Below, piece after piece: positions 38,924-52,619 of a stretch of DNA of 64,000 nt; the stretch's first letter is position 1; each line of letters begins with the position of its first letter. Under the pieces are notes generated by a model. It had not been told where the DNA came from and ran no database searches. It saw only the letters and a list, made by a program, of their open reading frames with translations. The DNA is from Heterodontus francisci (Eukaryota). The position numbers and the translations under genes are program-made. The DNA is taken from assembly GCF_036365525.1 (NCBI RefSeq), contig NC_090404.1:6510001-6574000 (forward strand), in the 5' to 3' direction.

Positions 38924-39244
38924 TAAAGGCCTGCGACCCGACCCGAACCCGACGGGACCCGACGACGTGTGTTGGGGTCGGGCCGCTCTTCCAGGTCCGG
39001 CTTTCGGGTCAGGTCGGATCGGTCCGGGTCCGGGTCGGACACTCGCGCTATTAATTGGACTGAAAGGTTGTTGAAAAATAAACGAATTCGGAATCGTAAG
39101 GTAGGTAAAGTGAACATTCCGGTGATCGAGTCGGGCTCGGATCAAGCTGGGGTTGGGTCGCGTGCGGGGAATAAATGGAGGGACTCGGGCTTGTGTCCGA
39201 TGCGGTTCTGTCTGTTTTTTTTCCCTGGCCTGAGCAGGCCTTTA
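38924..39244 (+). mobile_element. Non-autonomous hAT-type MITE
   Basis: Perfect 11-bp TIRs TAAAGGCCTGC...GCAGGCCTTTA with acccg/gggtc subterminal repeats; absent from the paralogous site near 52919. Confidence 0.88.
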
Positions 39245-39334
39245 ACAATATATAAAATTGAAATAAGTACAAGTAAATTTCTGTTTCACCTTGAGGGAGT
39301 ATTTGAGGCCGTGGACAGTGAAAAGGGAGGATTT

Positions 39335-40535
39335 GGAATTGTAGAAAGTTTACGGCACAGAAAGAGGCCACTTGGCCCATTGTGTCTGTGCCAGCTGAAA
39401 AACAAGCCGAATCCCACCTTCCAGCATTTGGTCCATAGCCCTGCAAGTTACAACACTTGAGGTGCATATCCAGACAGCTTTTAAATGAGTTGAGGGTTTC
39501 TGCCTCTACTACCCTTTCAGACAGTGAGTTCCAGACCATTACCACCCTCTGGGTGTAAGCACTGTTCCTCGTCTCCCCTTTAATCGTTATACCAATCACT
39601 TTAAATCTATGCCCCCTAATCACTGACTTCTCTATTAAGGTAAATAGGCCCTTCACCTCCACTCTATCCAGGCCCCTCAAAATTTGGTACATTTCAATCA
39701 AACCTCCCCTCGGCCTTCTCTGTGCCAAGGAGAACAACCCCAGCCGATCCAACCTTTCCTCATAGTTGCATTTTTCCGGTCCTGGCAACATCCTTGTAAA
39801 TCTCCTCTGAACTCTCTCTAGTGCAATTACATCCTTTCTGTAATGTCCTGACCAGAACTGCACACAGTACTCAAGTTGTGGCCTAACCAATGAGTTATAC
39901 AATTCCAGCATAACCTCCCTGCTCTTCTATTGTATACCTCGGCTAATAAAGAGAAGGATTCCATATGCCTTCTTAACCACCTTATCTACCTGTCCTGATG
40001 CCTTCAGGGATCTGTGGACATTTACTCCAAGGTCCCTCACTTCCTCTACACCTCTCCGTATTCTCCCAATAATTGTGTATTCCTTTGCCTTGTTTGACCT
40101 CCCCAAATGCATCACCTCGCACTTCTCCAGTTTCAATTCCATTTGCCACTTTTCTGCCCATCTGACCAGTCCATCAATATCTTCCTGCAGACTACAGCTA
40201 TACTCCTCGCTGTCAACCGCAGGGCCAATTTTTGTGTTGTCTGCAAACTTCTTGACCATGCCCCCTACATATACATCCAAGTCATTAACAAAGATCGCAA
40301 AAAGCAGGGGACCCAGTACTGAGCCCTACGGAATGCCACTGGAAACAGTCCTCCAGTCGCTAAAACAGCCATCAACAATTACCCTTTGTTTCCTGCCACT
40401 GAGCCAATTTCGTATCTGCCTTGCTGCGTTTCCCTGGATCCCATGGACTTTTACTTTTTAACCAGTCTGCCATGTGAGACCTCGTCAAAAGCCTTGCTAA
40501 AATTCACATAGACCACATCAACTACACTACCCTCA
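39335..40535 (-). mobile_element. CR1-type LINE 3' part
   Basis: YVNFSKAFD, KFADNTK and LVRPQLEYCVQFW in minus-strand ORFs. Confidence 0.9.
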
Positions 40536-41158
40536 GCAATCTTCCTTTTTAGAAGGGCAGGTGTTATATCTCCTTTGCTTACATGGGAAAGGAAATAGGT
40601 GTTGGATGTAATAGAGGTTTGGACCAGGGTGTTGCAGAGGGAACGGTCTGACCAGAATGCTGAAAGGGGAGGGGAAGATGTATTTGGTGGTGGTATCACA
40701 CTGGAGGTGGGGGAAATGATGGAGGATGATGTGTTAAATGTGGAGGTTGGTGGGGTGGAAGGTGACGACAAGGAGAACCCGATTGTACGTCTGAGAGACA
40801 GGGAAGGGGTGAGAGCAAAAGTGCGGGAAATGGAATGGAGCTGGAGGGAGGGGGCTAAGAAACTCTGGGGCAACGTGAGCTTCACACACACCGAGTGCAG
40901 CCCCAGGCCCCAATATAAAACAGAAAACATTATGCGATTTACAAACACCTGGTGTAGGCCTCAAAACCTGAATTAGAAGCCACCAGTCCTACATTTCTTC
41001 TGAGCGATGCGACAGTTGTGGGGCTTCTCTTGGTGACAGGCCTGAGTTAACTTTATAGGGCGCATGTGCAGCCATCTGGGTGAGGAAGCAGGAGGAGAGA
41101 ATGCTGTGAATTTCTATCCTGGACTGACAGTAATGGTTTTTGTAAACTCCTTTTACAG

Positions 41159-42131
<973 letters not shown>

Positions 42132-42439
42132 CTGCAGGGGTTGGATTCTGCTGTTGTTGCTGCTGTTAATCACATCCAGGACTGAACCATGTTGATTCTA
42201 ATAGTTGGAGTTTGTTTCTGCTGATGGTAATCACCCCTATAAGTGGGCTGCAGTTTAATATTCTGGATCAATGTCAAATAAATCAGCTTTGTTTCCAACA
42301 CAGTGTGTTGAGTCTTTGTTTCTCTCCAGGAAAAGAGGAAACTAATTGAAAACCTGCTGTTTACTGTTCCATTTTTGGGCCTTTCCTCCTCTGTTAAAAA
42401 GATTTGTCACGAAAGGCACTACAACAATACATCAGGACA

Positions 42440-43680
42440 TCGCCTTGTGACGATGAGGTCTAGCTGGCGCCAACGACGCGATCTTGGGTGCCTCCATGAA
42501 ACCTGGTGACAGGGTTTAGTGTGAAAGAACGAGTTGGCGATGCAGAGGTTATGATAGGTACACAACTCAAGCAGTCTCTGCCCGTTCTCATTCATCCTTC
42601 CAACGCCATAGTGCCCAAGGCAGGAGGGTCATGAGTCATGGTTGGCCCCAACCCTGGCATTAATGTCCCCCAGCAGGAATAGGTGTTCGGTTTTGGGGAT
42701 GCTGCTAATGATGTTATGGAGTTCCTCGTAGAACTGATCTTTAGCTTCAGGTGGGGAGCAGAGTGTTGAAGCATAGATGCTGAGTAGGTGTACTGGACCA
42801 GAGGTGGTGAGCAGTCGGATGGACAGTATGCGTTCCGAGCCATTTGAGGGAGGCTCTATCATGCTGAGCAAGGAGTTTCCGAAGGCGAAGCCCACTCCAT
42901 GCTGTCTTGGTTCTTCAGGATCCCTGCCCTGCCAGAAGAAGGTGTAGTCTTGCTCTGCTAGGTACCACTCGCTGGGAGGCGTGTCTCCTGAAGTGCTGCA
43001 ATGTCTACATTGAGTCTACTGAGCTCGTTGTTAATGATGGCGGTCTTCCGAGAATCGTTGATCTGTGTAAGGTCCTCTGACAGGCCAGGACACATAGTTC
43101 TGACGTTCCAGCTTGCAAAGCGAAGGGCTGGTACCTTCTTTCCTTTTTTCATGTTGTTTGGTGCGGTGTTGCAGTCCATCTTTCCGGCAATGACCCTGAG
43201 TTCCAAGCACCCATTGAAGCAGGTAGACTGTGGCGGGACAGAACCTTATTGACCAGGGGCTGCCCGGTTTGAGGCGGGCAGTAGCTGTCCAGTGAGGTGT
43301 GATGACCTCTCCCACCAACAAAGGCAACCCGTGGCGCCCAGTTTCTACGCCAATTTAGCTGGACTTATAACCCGCAACTGCTGCCTTCCGTGTTGTTTCA
43401 GTCGCTGTGAGGCAACTATGGAGTGACCTCTCCATGGCTCATGCCTGGGCAAGTTTATGGAGGTTGAGAGTTGCCCAATCGTCAAAACACCCCTCTCGGC
43501 CTTTCTGGTGGGGTCCAAAGGAGTGCAGAGCACGACGTTTGGCACCGGTATGGCTGCAGGAACTGCCGGAAACATGCCAAAGGTGACACATGACCGCCTA
43601 CGGGGTTCCGCTCCGGATTTTCTGTTAGGGTTTACTCCCTTAGCCTTGGTCTCTCCCGAGACGCCCACAAGGCAGTGGGG
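42440..43680 (-). mobile_element. RTE-clade LINE 5' part (5'UTR and endonuclease)
   Basis: FASWNVRTM..VDIAALQETRL, SIYASTL..KDQFYEEL and GDINARVG on the minus strand. Confidence 0.9.
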
Positions 43681-43714
43681 TTGTTAGGGCCCCGACACAG
43701 GAGTAGGATGATGC

Positions 43715-43915
43715 TGGTGGGAGGAGGGGGTGCGAGGGGGAGGGGTGGAGGGAAGGGGGTGCGAGGGGGAGCTGGGAAGGGGGCTGTAAGGGGGTGGAGG
43801 GGGAAGATGGTGCGAGGGGGGTGCTGGGATGGGGTTGTGAGGGGGGTGGGGGGTGAGCTGAGAGAGTGGAGCTGGGAAGGGGAAGGGGGGGAAAGGGAAG
43901 GGGGGGAAAGTGGGT
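43715..43915 (+). repeat. G-rich low-complexity tract
   Basis: Dense GGGG runs with a recurring ggtgcgaggggg unit. Confidence 0.85.
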
Positions 43916-44169
43916 GCAGGTAATAAGCCATTTCCTCAGTTCCCACCATCGACGCCTGGAAATCTCGTCCGCATCTTTCGGGAGGTGAGCGACATCCTCA
44001 TGCGCTGGTACCAGCATTGCCGACAGTGTGCTGCAGATGCTCTCCGAGCCACCTCCCGCGGGCGCTTTGAAGTTGCAGCCGAGGAGCCGTTCGTGGCTTT
44101 TTGGGTGTTCGGGGCACCCGAATAGTGTACCAATCATAGGATATTCTTTCAGATTCTATCAGGGTTACA

Positions 44170-45898
44170 TCCAGCACTACCCCTGAAATAATCAAGAGTT
44201 CCAAGCCTGCTATACTCTCAGCACTACATGAACTGCTATGCCTGTGCTGGGACGAGGGAGCAGTACCTCAGGACATGCGCGATGCCAATATCATCACCCT
44301 CTATAAAAACAAAGGTGACCGCGGTGACTGCAACAACTACCGTGGAATCTCCCTGCTCAGCATAGTGGGGAAAGTCTTTGCTCGATTCACTCTAAACAGA
44401 CTCCAGAAGCTGGCCGAGCGCGTCTACCCTGAGGCACAGTGTGGCTTTCGTGCAGAGAGATCGACCATTGACATGCTGTTCTCCCTTCGTCAGATACAGG
44501 AGAAATGCCGCGAACAACAGATGCCCCTCTACATTGCTTTCATTGATCTCACCAAAGCCTTTGACCTCGTCAGCAGATGTGGTCTCTTCAGACTACTAGA
44601 AAAGATTGGATGTCCACCAAAGCTACTAAGTATCATCACCTCATTCCATGACAATATGAAAGGCACAATTCAACATGGCGGCTCCTCATCAGACCCCTTT
44701 CCTATCCTGAGTGGCTTGAAACAGGGCTGTGTTCTCGCACCCACACTCTTTGGGATTTTCTTCTCCCTGCTGCTTTCACATGCATTCAAGTCTTCAGAAG
44801 AAGGAATTTTCCTCCACACAAGATCAGGGGGCAGGATATTCAACCTTGCCCGTCTAAGAGCGAAGTCCAAAGTACGGAAAGTCCTCATCAGGGAACTCCT
44901 CTTTGCTGACGATGCTGCTTTAACATCTCACACTGAAGAGTGCCTGCAGAGTCTCATCGACAGGTTTGCGGCTGCCTGCAATGAATTTGGCCTAACCATC
45001 AGCCTCAAGAAAACGAACATCATGGGGCAGGACATCAGAAATGCTTCATCCATCAATATTGGCGACCACGCTCTGGAAGTGGTTCAAGAGTTCACCTACC
45101 TAGGCTCAACTATCACCAGTAACCTGTCCCTAGATGCAGAAATCAAGAAGCGCATGGGAAAGGCTTCCTCTGCTATGTCCAGACTGGCCAAGAGAGTGTG
45201 GGAAAATGGCGCACTGACACGGAACACAAATGTCCGAGTGTATCAGGCCTGTGTCCTCAGTACCTTGTTCTATGGCAGCGAGGCCTGGACAACGTATGTC
45301 AGCCAAGAGTGATGTCTCAATTCATTCCATCTTCGCTGCCGCCGGAGAATACTTGGCATCAGGTGGCAGGACTGTATCTCCAACACAGAAGTCCTCGAGG
45401 CGGCCAACATCCCCAGCATATACACACTACTGAGTCAGCGGCGCTTGAGATGGCTTGGCCATGTGAGCCGCATCTAAGATGGCAGGATCCCCAAGGACAC
45501 ATTGTACAGCGATCTTGCCACTGGTATCAGACCCACCGGCCGTCCATGTCTCCGCTTTAAAGACGTCTGCAAATGCGACATGAAGTCCTGTGACATTGAT
45601 CACAAGTCGTGGGAGTCAGTTGCCAGCATTTGCCAGAGCTAGCGGGCAGCCATAAAGGCGGGGCTAAAGTGTGGCGAGTCGAAGAGACTTAGCAGTTGGC
45701 AGGAAAAAAGACAAAAGCGCAAGGGGAGAGCCAACTGTGTAACAGCCCCGACAAACAAATTTTTCTGCAGCACCTGTGGAAGAGCCTGTCACTCTAGACG
45801 TGGCCTTTATAGCCACTCCAGGCGCTGCTCCACACACCACTGACCACCTCCAGGCGCTTGCCCATGGTGTCTCGAGATAAGGAGGCCAAAGAAGAAGA
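44170..45898 (+). mobile_element. RTE-clade LINE 3' part with a long RT frame
   Basis: 345-aa ORF 44275-45312 (NYRGISLL, QCGFR, FIDLTKAFD, KQGCVLAP, LFADD) and a (gaa)n tail. Confidence 0.93.
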
Positions 45899-46059
45899 AA
45901 ACTCTTGTTCTCAACAGTTCCCCCAATGGGAACAGTTTCTCTCTATTTATAGTCCCCTCATGATTTTGAATATCTCTATCAAATCTCCTCTCAGCCTCCT
46001 CCTCTGTAAGGAGAACAGCCTCAGTTTCTCTGATTGCTTGCCCCTCTACTGAGATTACA

Positions 46060-46300
46060 TTTGTGCCTGGGTATCCCTGGAGAGGGAACATACAGTGTCA
46101 GTCAATTTGCTTGAGGCCTTCTGCAATCAGTGGAGCGCAGGCTGTGGAGTGCATCATTGTTGCCGAGAGCAGCATTTTAATTTATTTTGTTTTATTTCCT
46201 TGTTTTAATAAAGTTATTTATTTAAAATACACATAAAAGGGGCCTGGGAAATAAAGACCCCGTCAATAAAATAAAAAGGGCCTGAAAAAAAAGAAAAAAG
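46060..46300 (+). mobile_element. Tx1-type LINE extreme 3' end
   Basis: Homologous to the reverse complement of 55742-55960; A-rich tail at 46285-46299. Confidence 0.7.
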
Positions 46301-46305
46301 ACACT

Positions 46306-46376
46306 GTTTGATACACAGTAAAGAGCCCTCTACCGTCTACACTGTCCCATCAAACACTCCCAGGGCAGGTACAGCA
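46306..46376 (-). repeat. Single inverted unit of the 67-bp satellite
   Basis: ctacactgtcccatcaaacactcccagggcaggtacagca is the reverse complement of the satellite core. Confidence 0.9.
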
Positions 46377-46379
46377 TTG

Positions 46380-47635
46380 AGTTTTAATGCTGCCTGATTG
46401 AGGACTGCTGAGTGCAGCAGCAAGCCTCAGCTGACAGTGCTGGTGGCAGATGGAGGTTGTGCAACTGGGGAGATGAGATGCAACTGAACAGAGAGAGAGA
46501 GCGAGAGCTGCAGCTTTTATAACAACATTTACAAAGAAAGAAACTTTTGGAAACATGGCTCTGTTTGGAGGTGGGTGTTAGAACACCAGAAATTTTCTTT
46601 GTTTTGGACTGTTGGAGGAAGAAGAGTCTGGAATAACGGGGTGGGACTGCCAATTTTGAAGGGCGCTGTGCAGTTTCATTAAACACACAGGAAGCTCCCT
46701 CCCCACCCCAGTTGCCCAGCCTGGGTCAGCTGGAGCTTTCTGGCTAAGGAGACAGATAGTGTCTGGGCAACTTCAGCTGACCAAGGTGAAGATGCCTCCA
46801 TCAACCACAAGACCCAAAGACCAAGAGTGCTGGCAAAAGACTGTTTAAACTGTTCTCTATATACCACCTCAGTGGAGCAAGTCATCACTCTCAGCCTGTC
46901 TTTCCCTTTTTCTGTTTCGGTTCAGTCTCTCTCCTAATATATTTACTTATTTATTATTTTTCTTGCAAGCCCTTTTTTTATTTTTGACATTTGTGGGCCT
47001 ACATTTGGGGTTGGACCCAATGACAAATCCATCTGCGCCCGTGTCAGGGCCCACTCACACCTATGTGGCTGCAGCCTCAGTGGCCACCCATGTGGCCCCA
47101 TTACCTTTCAAATTACTCATCAGTATCTATGGTGTGAAGAGCTCTGCCCGTCCTAATATGTCTGTTGAAGCTTGCATGAAGGCGAAGGCCAAAGTCGTTG
47201 GTCCCTCAGCCTTTGTTGCAACCTTTACGGTGTAGGGGAAAGCTGTCTTTTTCTAAAGACCGAAGGGCCGGTATCCCTGGCCCTAACCAAGGGGTTCACT
47301 GTGGGAGGGACTTTCCTGCTTGTGGAGCACATAACTCTATCCAATCCCTTTATTCCTAGTGAGCTCCTCTCCCTCACCTGCACCAGCTGGGGGAGGTGAG
47401 GTCGGAGATCACCCCAGTCCCACTTTGTTTTGGGAAAGCAGCCTTCGACATGCCTACTCCTTCCGTCGCCAGCTATTTATGCATGGTGCCATGTCTGCAA
47501 GGGGGTGGGACATGTTCGTAAGAGCTGCCCCAACCTCCGGGCCAACTCCACCTCAGCAGCCCAGGGTAGCACTGCTGCAGCTCCCACTGCTCCCTCTACA
47601 CGTCCAACCGTCACTATGCAGGCAGTTCCGGAGGC
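46380..47635 (+). mobile_element. Tx1-type LINE 5' part (5'UTR and ORF1 remnant)
   Basis: YGVK..MSVEACMKA..VVGPSAFVA..GKAVFFLK..GFTVGGTFL..TLSNPFIP and a CCHC knuckle CHVCKGVGHVRKSCP, resembling Xenopus Tx1 ORF1. Confidence 0.75.
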
Positions 47636-47712
47636 TGTTAATAATCACATCCGGACTGGAGCATAGCAGAGGATCCTTGAACTTGGGTTTCTGGACCAAT
47701 TACTGAGAAATT

Positions 47713-48056
47713 GTTTAGTTTAGTTTAGAGATACAGCACTGAAATAGGCCCTTCGGCCCACCGAGTCTGTGCTGACCATCAACCACCCATTTATACTAAC
47801 CCTACACTAATCCCATATTCCTACCACATCCCCACCTGTTCCTATATTTCCCTACCACCTACCTATACTAGGGGCAATTTATAATGGCCAATTTACCTAT
47901 CAACCTGCAAGTCTTTTGGCTTGTGGGAGGAAACCGGAGCACCCGGAGAAAACCCACGCAGACACAGGGAGAACTTGCAAACTGCACACAGGCAGTACCC
48001 AGAATTGAACCCGGGTCGCTGGAGCTGTGAGGCTGCAGTGCTAACCACTGCGCCAT
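47713..48056 (-). mobile_element. tRNA-derived SINE
   Basis: Reverse complement of the SINE consensus seen at 28021 and 60096. Confidence 0.9.
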
Positions 48057-51000
48057 TGACAGAGAGAGGGAAGGGCTGGAAGAGATGGAGAGAGAGAGAG
48101 AGAGAAAAAAGATTAAGAACTTGTAGAAATATGGAGAGGCAGAGAAATAAAGGATGTCGAGAGATAGAAATACAGAGATATAAAGAAAGACATGGAGAGG
48201 ATGAGATAAGAACAGCCAGGGAGGTGCAGAGATAACATTGCAGGAAGAGATGGAGAGGGTGAAATATATAGGTTATATTGGGTGCTCTGGAGCAGCGCTT
48301 CTCAACCTTTGTATTTCAACTGTCCCTCTCCCCCTTATAAAAATATCTCAAACCACCTAAAACACCAGATTTTTTCTGTAGGTAAGAATGAGTGACACAG
48401 AGAAACATCTATCTTTATTATTTTTTCCCTCTGGAGGAAGCTCTTATCCAAGGATTCCTCTTGCCAAAACACACACCCACTCTCTCTGCATCGACATGCT
48501 GCAGCTTCTAAAAAATCTCCTGCAGACAGAGAAATGGAACAATGGTAAAAAGAAAGCAAAGACTTTTTAAAATAAAAGGCACAGCAAAATCTCAGGATTC
48601 CTTTTCTCCCTGTCCCCCACTAACGTGGACAATCTCAGCAACACCATTTGCACATCCCCCGCTATAAAGATTGAACAGATTTAAAATGTGAGAGGGGCTA
48701 TTAGTTGCTGAGATCTTGCCCATTGTCATGTTAATCAAGGCTGCTTTGACCAGAGACATTCCAGGGAGCTGCTTTTTGATGATCTGTGAACTTATCGCTA
48801 CAAGGTCATTGTTGAGAACATTTGCTGCATCTTTCAGCTGATCAATAGGAGGACAGTGACATGACCAGGCCCCAGTCTGTCCAGAAGCTGCTAAACTCTC
48901 TTTAAAACTGCCATTAAGGTGCTAATTCCCTATCATTGTCCCAGGATTTATCATTACAAATCAGACCTTTGGGAAGGGCATGAGAATGGGGGCTTCCCTA
49001 CACAGGCTGGGAACTGGGCAGTCACTAAACACTGGAGACCCCCAGAGCCTGTCTCTCTCCCTCTGTGTTTCACCTGTCATTTCAATCTGTTTCTCTCCCT
49101 CTATTTCACTCTGTGTCTCACGATTAGTTTATGCCTCACTTTAAAAACAAATACTACTGATCCCCTGTCCCTCTACTGTTCACTGCCTCTTTACCTACTC
49201 AGCCCAGTAATGGAGTTTTGTGCATTCAATGTTACAGTGGGAAGAAGCTGCTGATTGCTTCAGGAGATCTTTTAAAATCACTGTCCCAGGATTTATTTTC
49301 GCAAATCAGACCTTCTGGAAAGGTGTGACTGAGAGGATTTACTCCAGAGGCTGGGAGCTGGGCAGTGATGACACACTGGAGACCCATAGGTCCTGTGTCT
49401 CTTCATCCCACTGTCCCTCTGTATTGTTGTCACTCCCACTGTTTCCCTCACTCTTTTCTTTCTCTCTTCCGTCTCTCTCATTCAGAGAGAAAGACAGAGG
49501 CAGAAATCCACAATCAGAAATTCAGTGACGAGTTAAAATGGAACATAGGAGCAGGGGTAGGCCATTCAGCCCATCGAGTCTGCCCTGCCATTCAATGTGA
49601 TCATGGCTGATCATCCACTTCAATGCCTATTCCCCCCACTATCCTCACATCCCCTTATGTCGTTTGTAAAATGGCTGCTTCACATTGCATTTAAACCTCA
49701 AAATTCATCTCACTGCCTAAATCATAAATATTATTCAGAAATTATAACAAACTTTGTGACAGCACTCCTGATGCTGTTAAATTTAGACAATGAATTAATT
49801 TCTGAAATGTGGTCATTGCTACAAAGGCCAAAAGGCTGAAGGCAATGTGTGCACAGCAAGATCCCACAAGTGGCAACGTGATATTAGGCAGATAAATAGG
49901 AGCCACTCCTTTCCCATCCTCTCCCACTTCTAATCACATTCTTGTCTGTGGTATTTTATTATTTATTACAAGTTTAAATAGAAAAAAGAATAGAAGACTG
50001 GGGAGAAATAGGGAGAGAGAAAGCTAGAGAGAGGGACAGAGAAATCCACAATCAGAACCACAGTAAAATGAAGTAAAGTGGGGTTCATTTAACCCTCAAA
50101 TTTCATAGCACTGCCTGAGACACAAGCATTAATTGGGAATGATAACAAGCCTCTACACAGGCTCAGGACTTACTTCATGCCCTCCTGATTGCTTTACAGT
50201 CAATAAATTAATTTTTAAAGTTTGGTCGCTGTTAAAATGCCGGAAACACTGCAGACAATTTGTGTACAGCAAGCAGCAATATGATTATGTCCAGATGGGG
50301 CATGGGCTGCATTCCTTCCCCATCCTCACGCCTGCTGTAAACTCACCGACCCCAACCCATGTGTATTTCAAGTCTGGGGACATCCCCTCAGCCCCCAGAA
50401 AGTGCTTGATTCCTCATTAAACTGGGAAGAAGCTGATGATTCCTTTGGGAGACTTCTTAAAATCATGGTCCCAGCATTTATTTTTTCAAATCAGACCTTC
50501 TGGAAGGATGTGACTGAGGGGCCTTTCTCTGGATGCTGGGCACTCACACTGGAGACCCCAAATCCTTTGTCTCTTCATCTCCCTGCCCTCTGTTTTGCTG
50601 TCTCTCCCACTATTTCCCTCACTCTGCCTTTTCTCTCTCTCTTTCTGTCTCCTTTCTCTCTGTCCTCCCATTTCTCTCAGAAAGATGGAAAGGCACAGGG
50701 AGAGAGAGAAATTCACCATTGCACTGTCTAAAACACAAGCATTATTTGGGAATTATAACAGGTTGAAGATAACAACTTTAATTTGTGCACAGCAAGATCC
50801 AACAAACAGCAATCTGGTCATAGCCAGATAAATCTGTTTTAGGTAGGAATTGATGAAAAGACAAGGCAGGAACATTTTAAAATAAAATAGCACTGCAAGA
50901 ATCCAGGATTCCCTCTATCAGTTACACAGACAATCTCTCAGCAACATCCAAATCCAAGTCACAGTTATAAACTAGGGGCATAAAAGATTAAAACTGTCAC

Positions 51001-51319
51001 CTACACCCTATGTGTGTATCTCTCTGTCTCTTCATCTCTGTGTCTCTCCTTTCTCTCTCTATTCCTGTCTCTCGCTAATTCTATTCTCCTAAATTTCTTT
51101 CTGAGTTGCACCTCTGTCCCTCTTTCTCATTATCTCTTTCACTGTCTCTCTCTGTCCATATCACTGTCTCTTTCGCTCTATCTCAGATGTAGTCTTAATT
51201 GAAGTGTGGTGCCAAATATTTCTGTCTAACCATTTGAAAAAAATGACATCAGATTCTGTGTGTGGCATGGTTATAATGTATTAAAGATTTCAAATAGAGA
51301 GACTGTGAGGTGGAAAGCA

Positions 51320-51760
51320 TCTGTTCTGTCATTCAATAATATTGTAACTGATCTACCTGCCACCCACCCTCCCACACTGTTCACATATTCCTTGATTGTC
51401 CTAGTATCCAAAAATCTATCGCTTGCTGTCTTCAATGTACTCAGGGACAAAGCATACACAGCCCTCTGAGGTAGAGAATTTCAATCCTGAGTGAAAAAAG
51501 TTTCTCCTCATCTCAGTCTTAAATGGCTGAAGTCTTATTCTGAGATTGAGACTCCTAGTTCTAGACTCCCCAGCCGGGGGAGACATCTTTCCAGGATCTA
51601 CCCTATGAATTATGAATTTTATATGTTTCAATCAGATCACCTCGAATTCTTCTAAACTCGAGCGAATAGAGGCCTGGTCTATTCAAGTTTTCCTCATGGG
51701 ACAATCATAGAATCAGTCCAGTGAGTCTACATTGCACTCCCTCTCAGGCAAGTATATCCA
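51320..51760 (-). mobile_element. Old CR1-type LINE 3' fragment
   Basis: GESRTRSLNLRIR..FKTEMRRNFF and SIFKT-like motifs on the minus strand. Confidence 0.7.
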
Positions 51761-51939
51761 AAGCTGTTATAAATTACATGTAGGACTCAGTTATCGAAAA
51801 GTATGGTTTCTGTATGAGTAATTTGTAAATTAATGTCAATTTTATCACAAAAAAATAATTTTCTATTCCGTAATCAGCATTTTCAATGGCGGGGCTGCTA
51901 CCCAGCATTCTTGGCAGAATAGAATATGCCCTATTCACT

Positions 51940-52290
51940 CTATTGGAGCGCAGCGCGCAGACGCAGTGCTGGACTGTAATCTGGAGCATGCGCACTGTCA
52001 CTTTGATCAGAGTTGCGAGTGCTGGAGACGCTTTTGCAGCTGGTGAGAGTCGGCGCGGTGGAGGGGAGGAATGGAGCCGGCAGGTGGGCGGGAGGCTTCA
52101 GAAACACCTGGTGTAGGCCGCAAGCCCCGAATAAGAACATCCAGGTCCCGTATTTGCTGCTCCGGGGCTTTTTCCCGCGAACAACAGTTTAACGGGCGCC
52201 ATCTTGGCTGAATGGGGCGTAGAGCGCATGCGCGGCAACCTGATGACGACACGAAAAGTGGGCGGAGCTTCAGGGTCCCAGTGCACATAG
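51940..52290 (+). promoter_or_regulatory. CpG island, probable promoter of ZNF-5
   Basis: CpG-rich with NRF1-type GCATGCGC twice (~51986, ~52226), YY1-type CGCCATCTT (~52197) and a GC box GGGCGGAG (~52260). Confidence 0.7.
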
Positions 52291-52619
52291 GGGCTGGAGA
52301 ACTAAACCCAGTCAGAGTACAGGAGGGAGAAAGCTGGCAGTAGAGGAAAGAGATGGTGAAATGGGTTTGGATTTCAGCACAGGGAGGAGTGAGAGTGTGT
52401 GGGACAGGGAATTACAGCTTTGGGGGAACAAGGGGAAAAAAATGTTCTACAGAAATTAGAATTGTCTGTTCTGAATTTCAAGCCTGTACTGACAGTGATG
52501 ACTTGTAAACTCCTTTTACAGGTGAGGATGATTTGCAGACATTGATTTTATTCGAACTCTGAACACAATGGGTTTCTCACCACCTATCCTGAAGTTGCCG
52601 GGATCACTGTTTACATTCC

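Larger units (their letters stand above)
38630..40835 (-). mobile_element. Penelope-like element remnant (GIY-YIG end), interrupted by a MITE and CR1
   Basis: LYIGKTKCGLGDHFVEHLHSVRNHDPELVACHLNS..KLEEQQLILQVGT; an uninterrupted paralog lies at ~52620-53250. Confidence 0.75.

Noticed and set aside
43632-44137. Proline-rich or glycine-rich ORFs
   Set aside because: Translation artefacts of a G-rich low-complexity tract.
44275-45312. Active or domesticated reverse transcriptase gene
   Set aside because: It stops prematurely at 45312, further stops follow, and it lacks a contiguous endonuclease.
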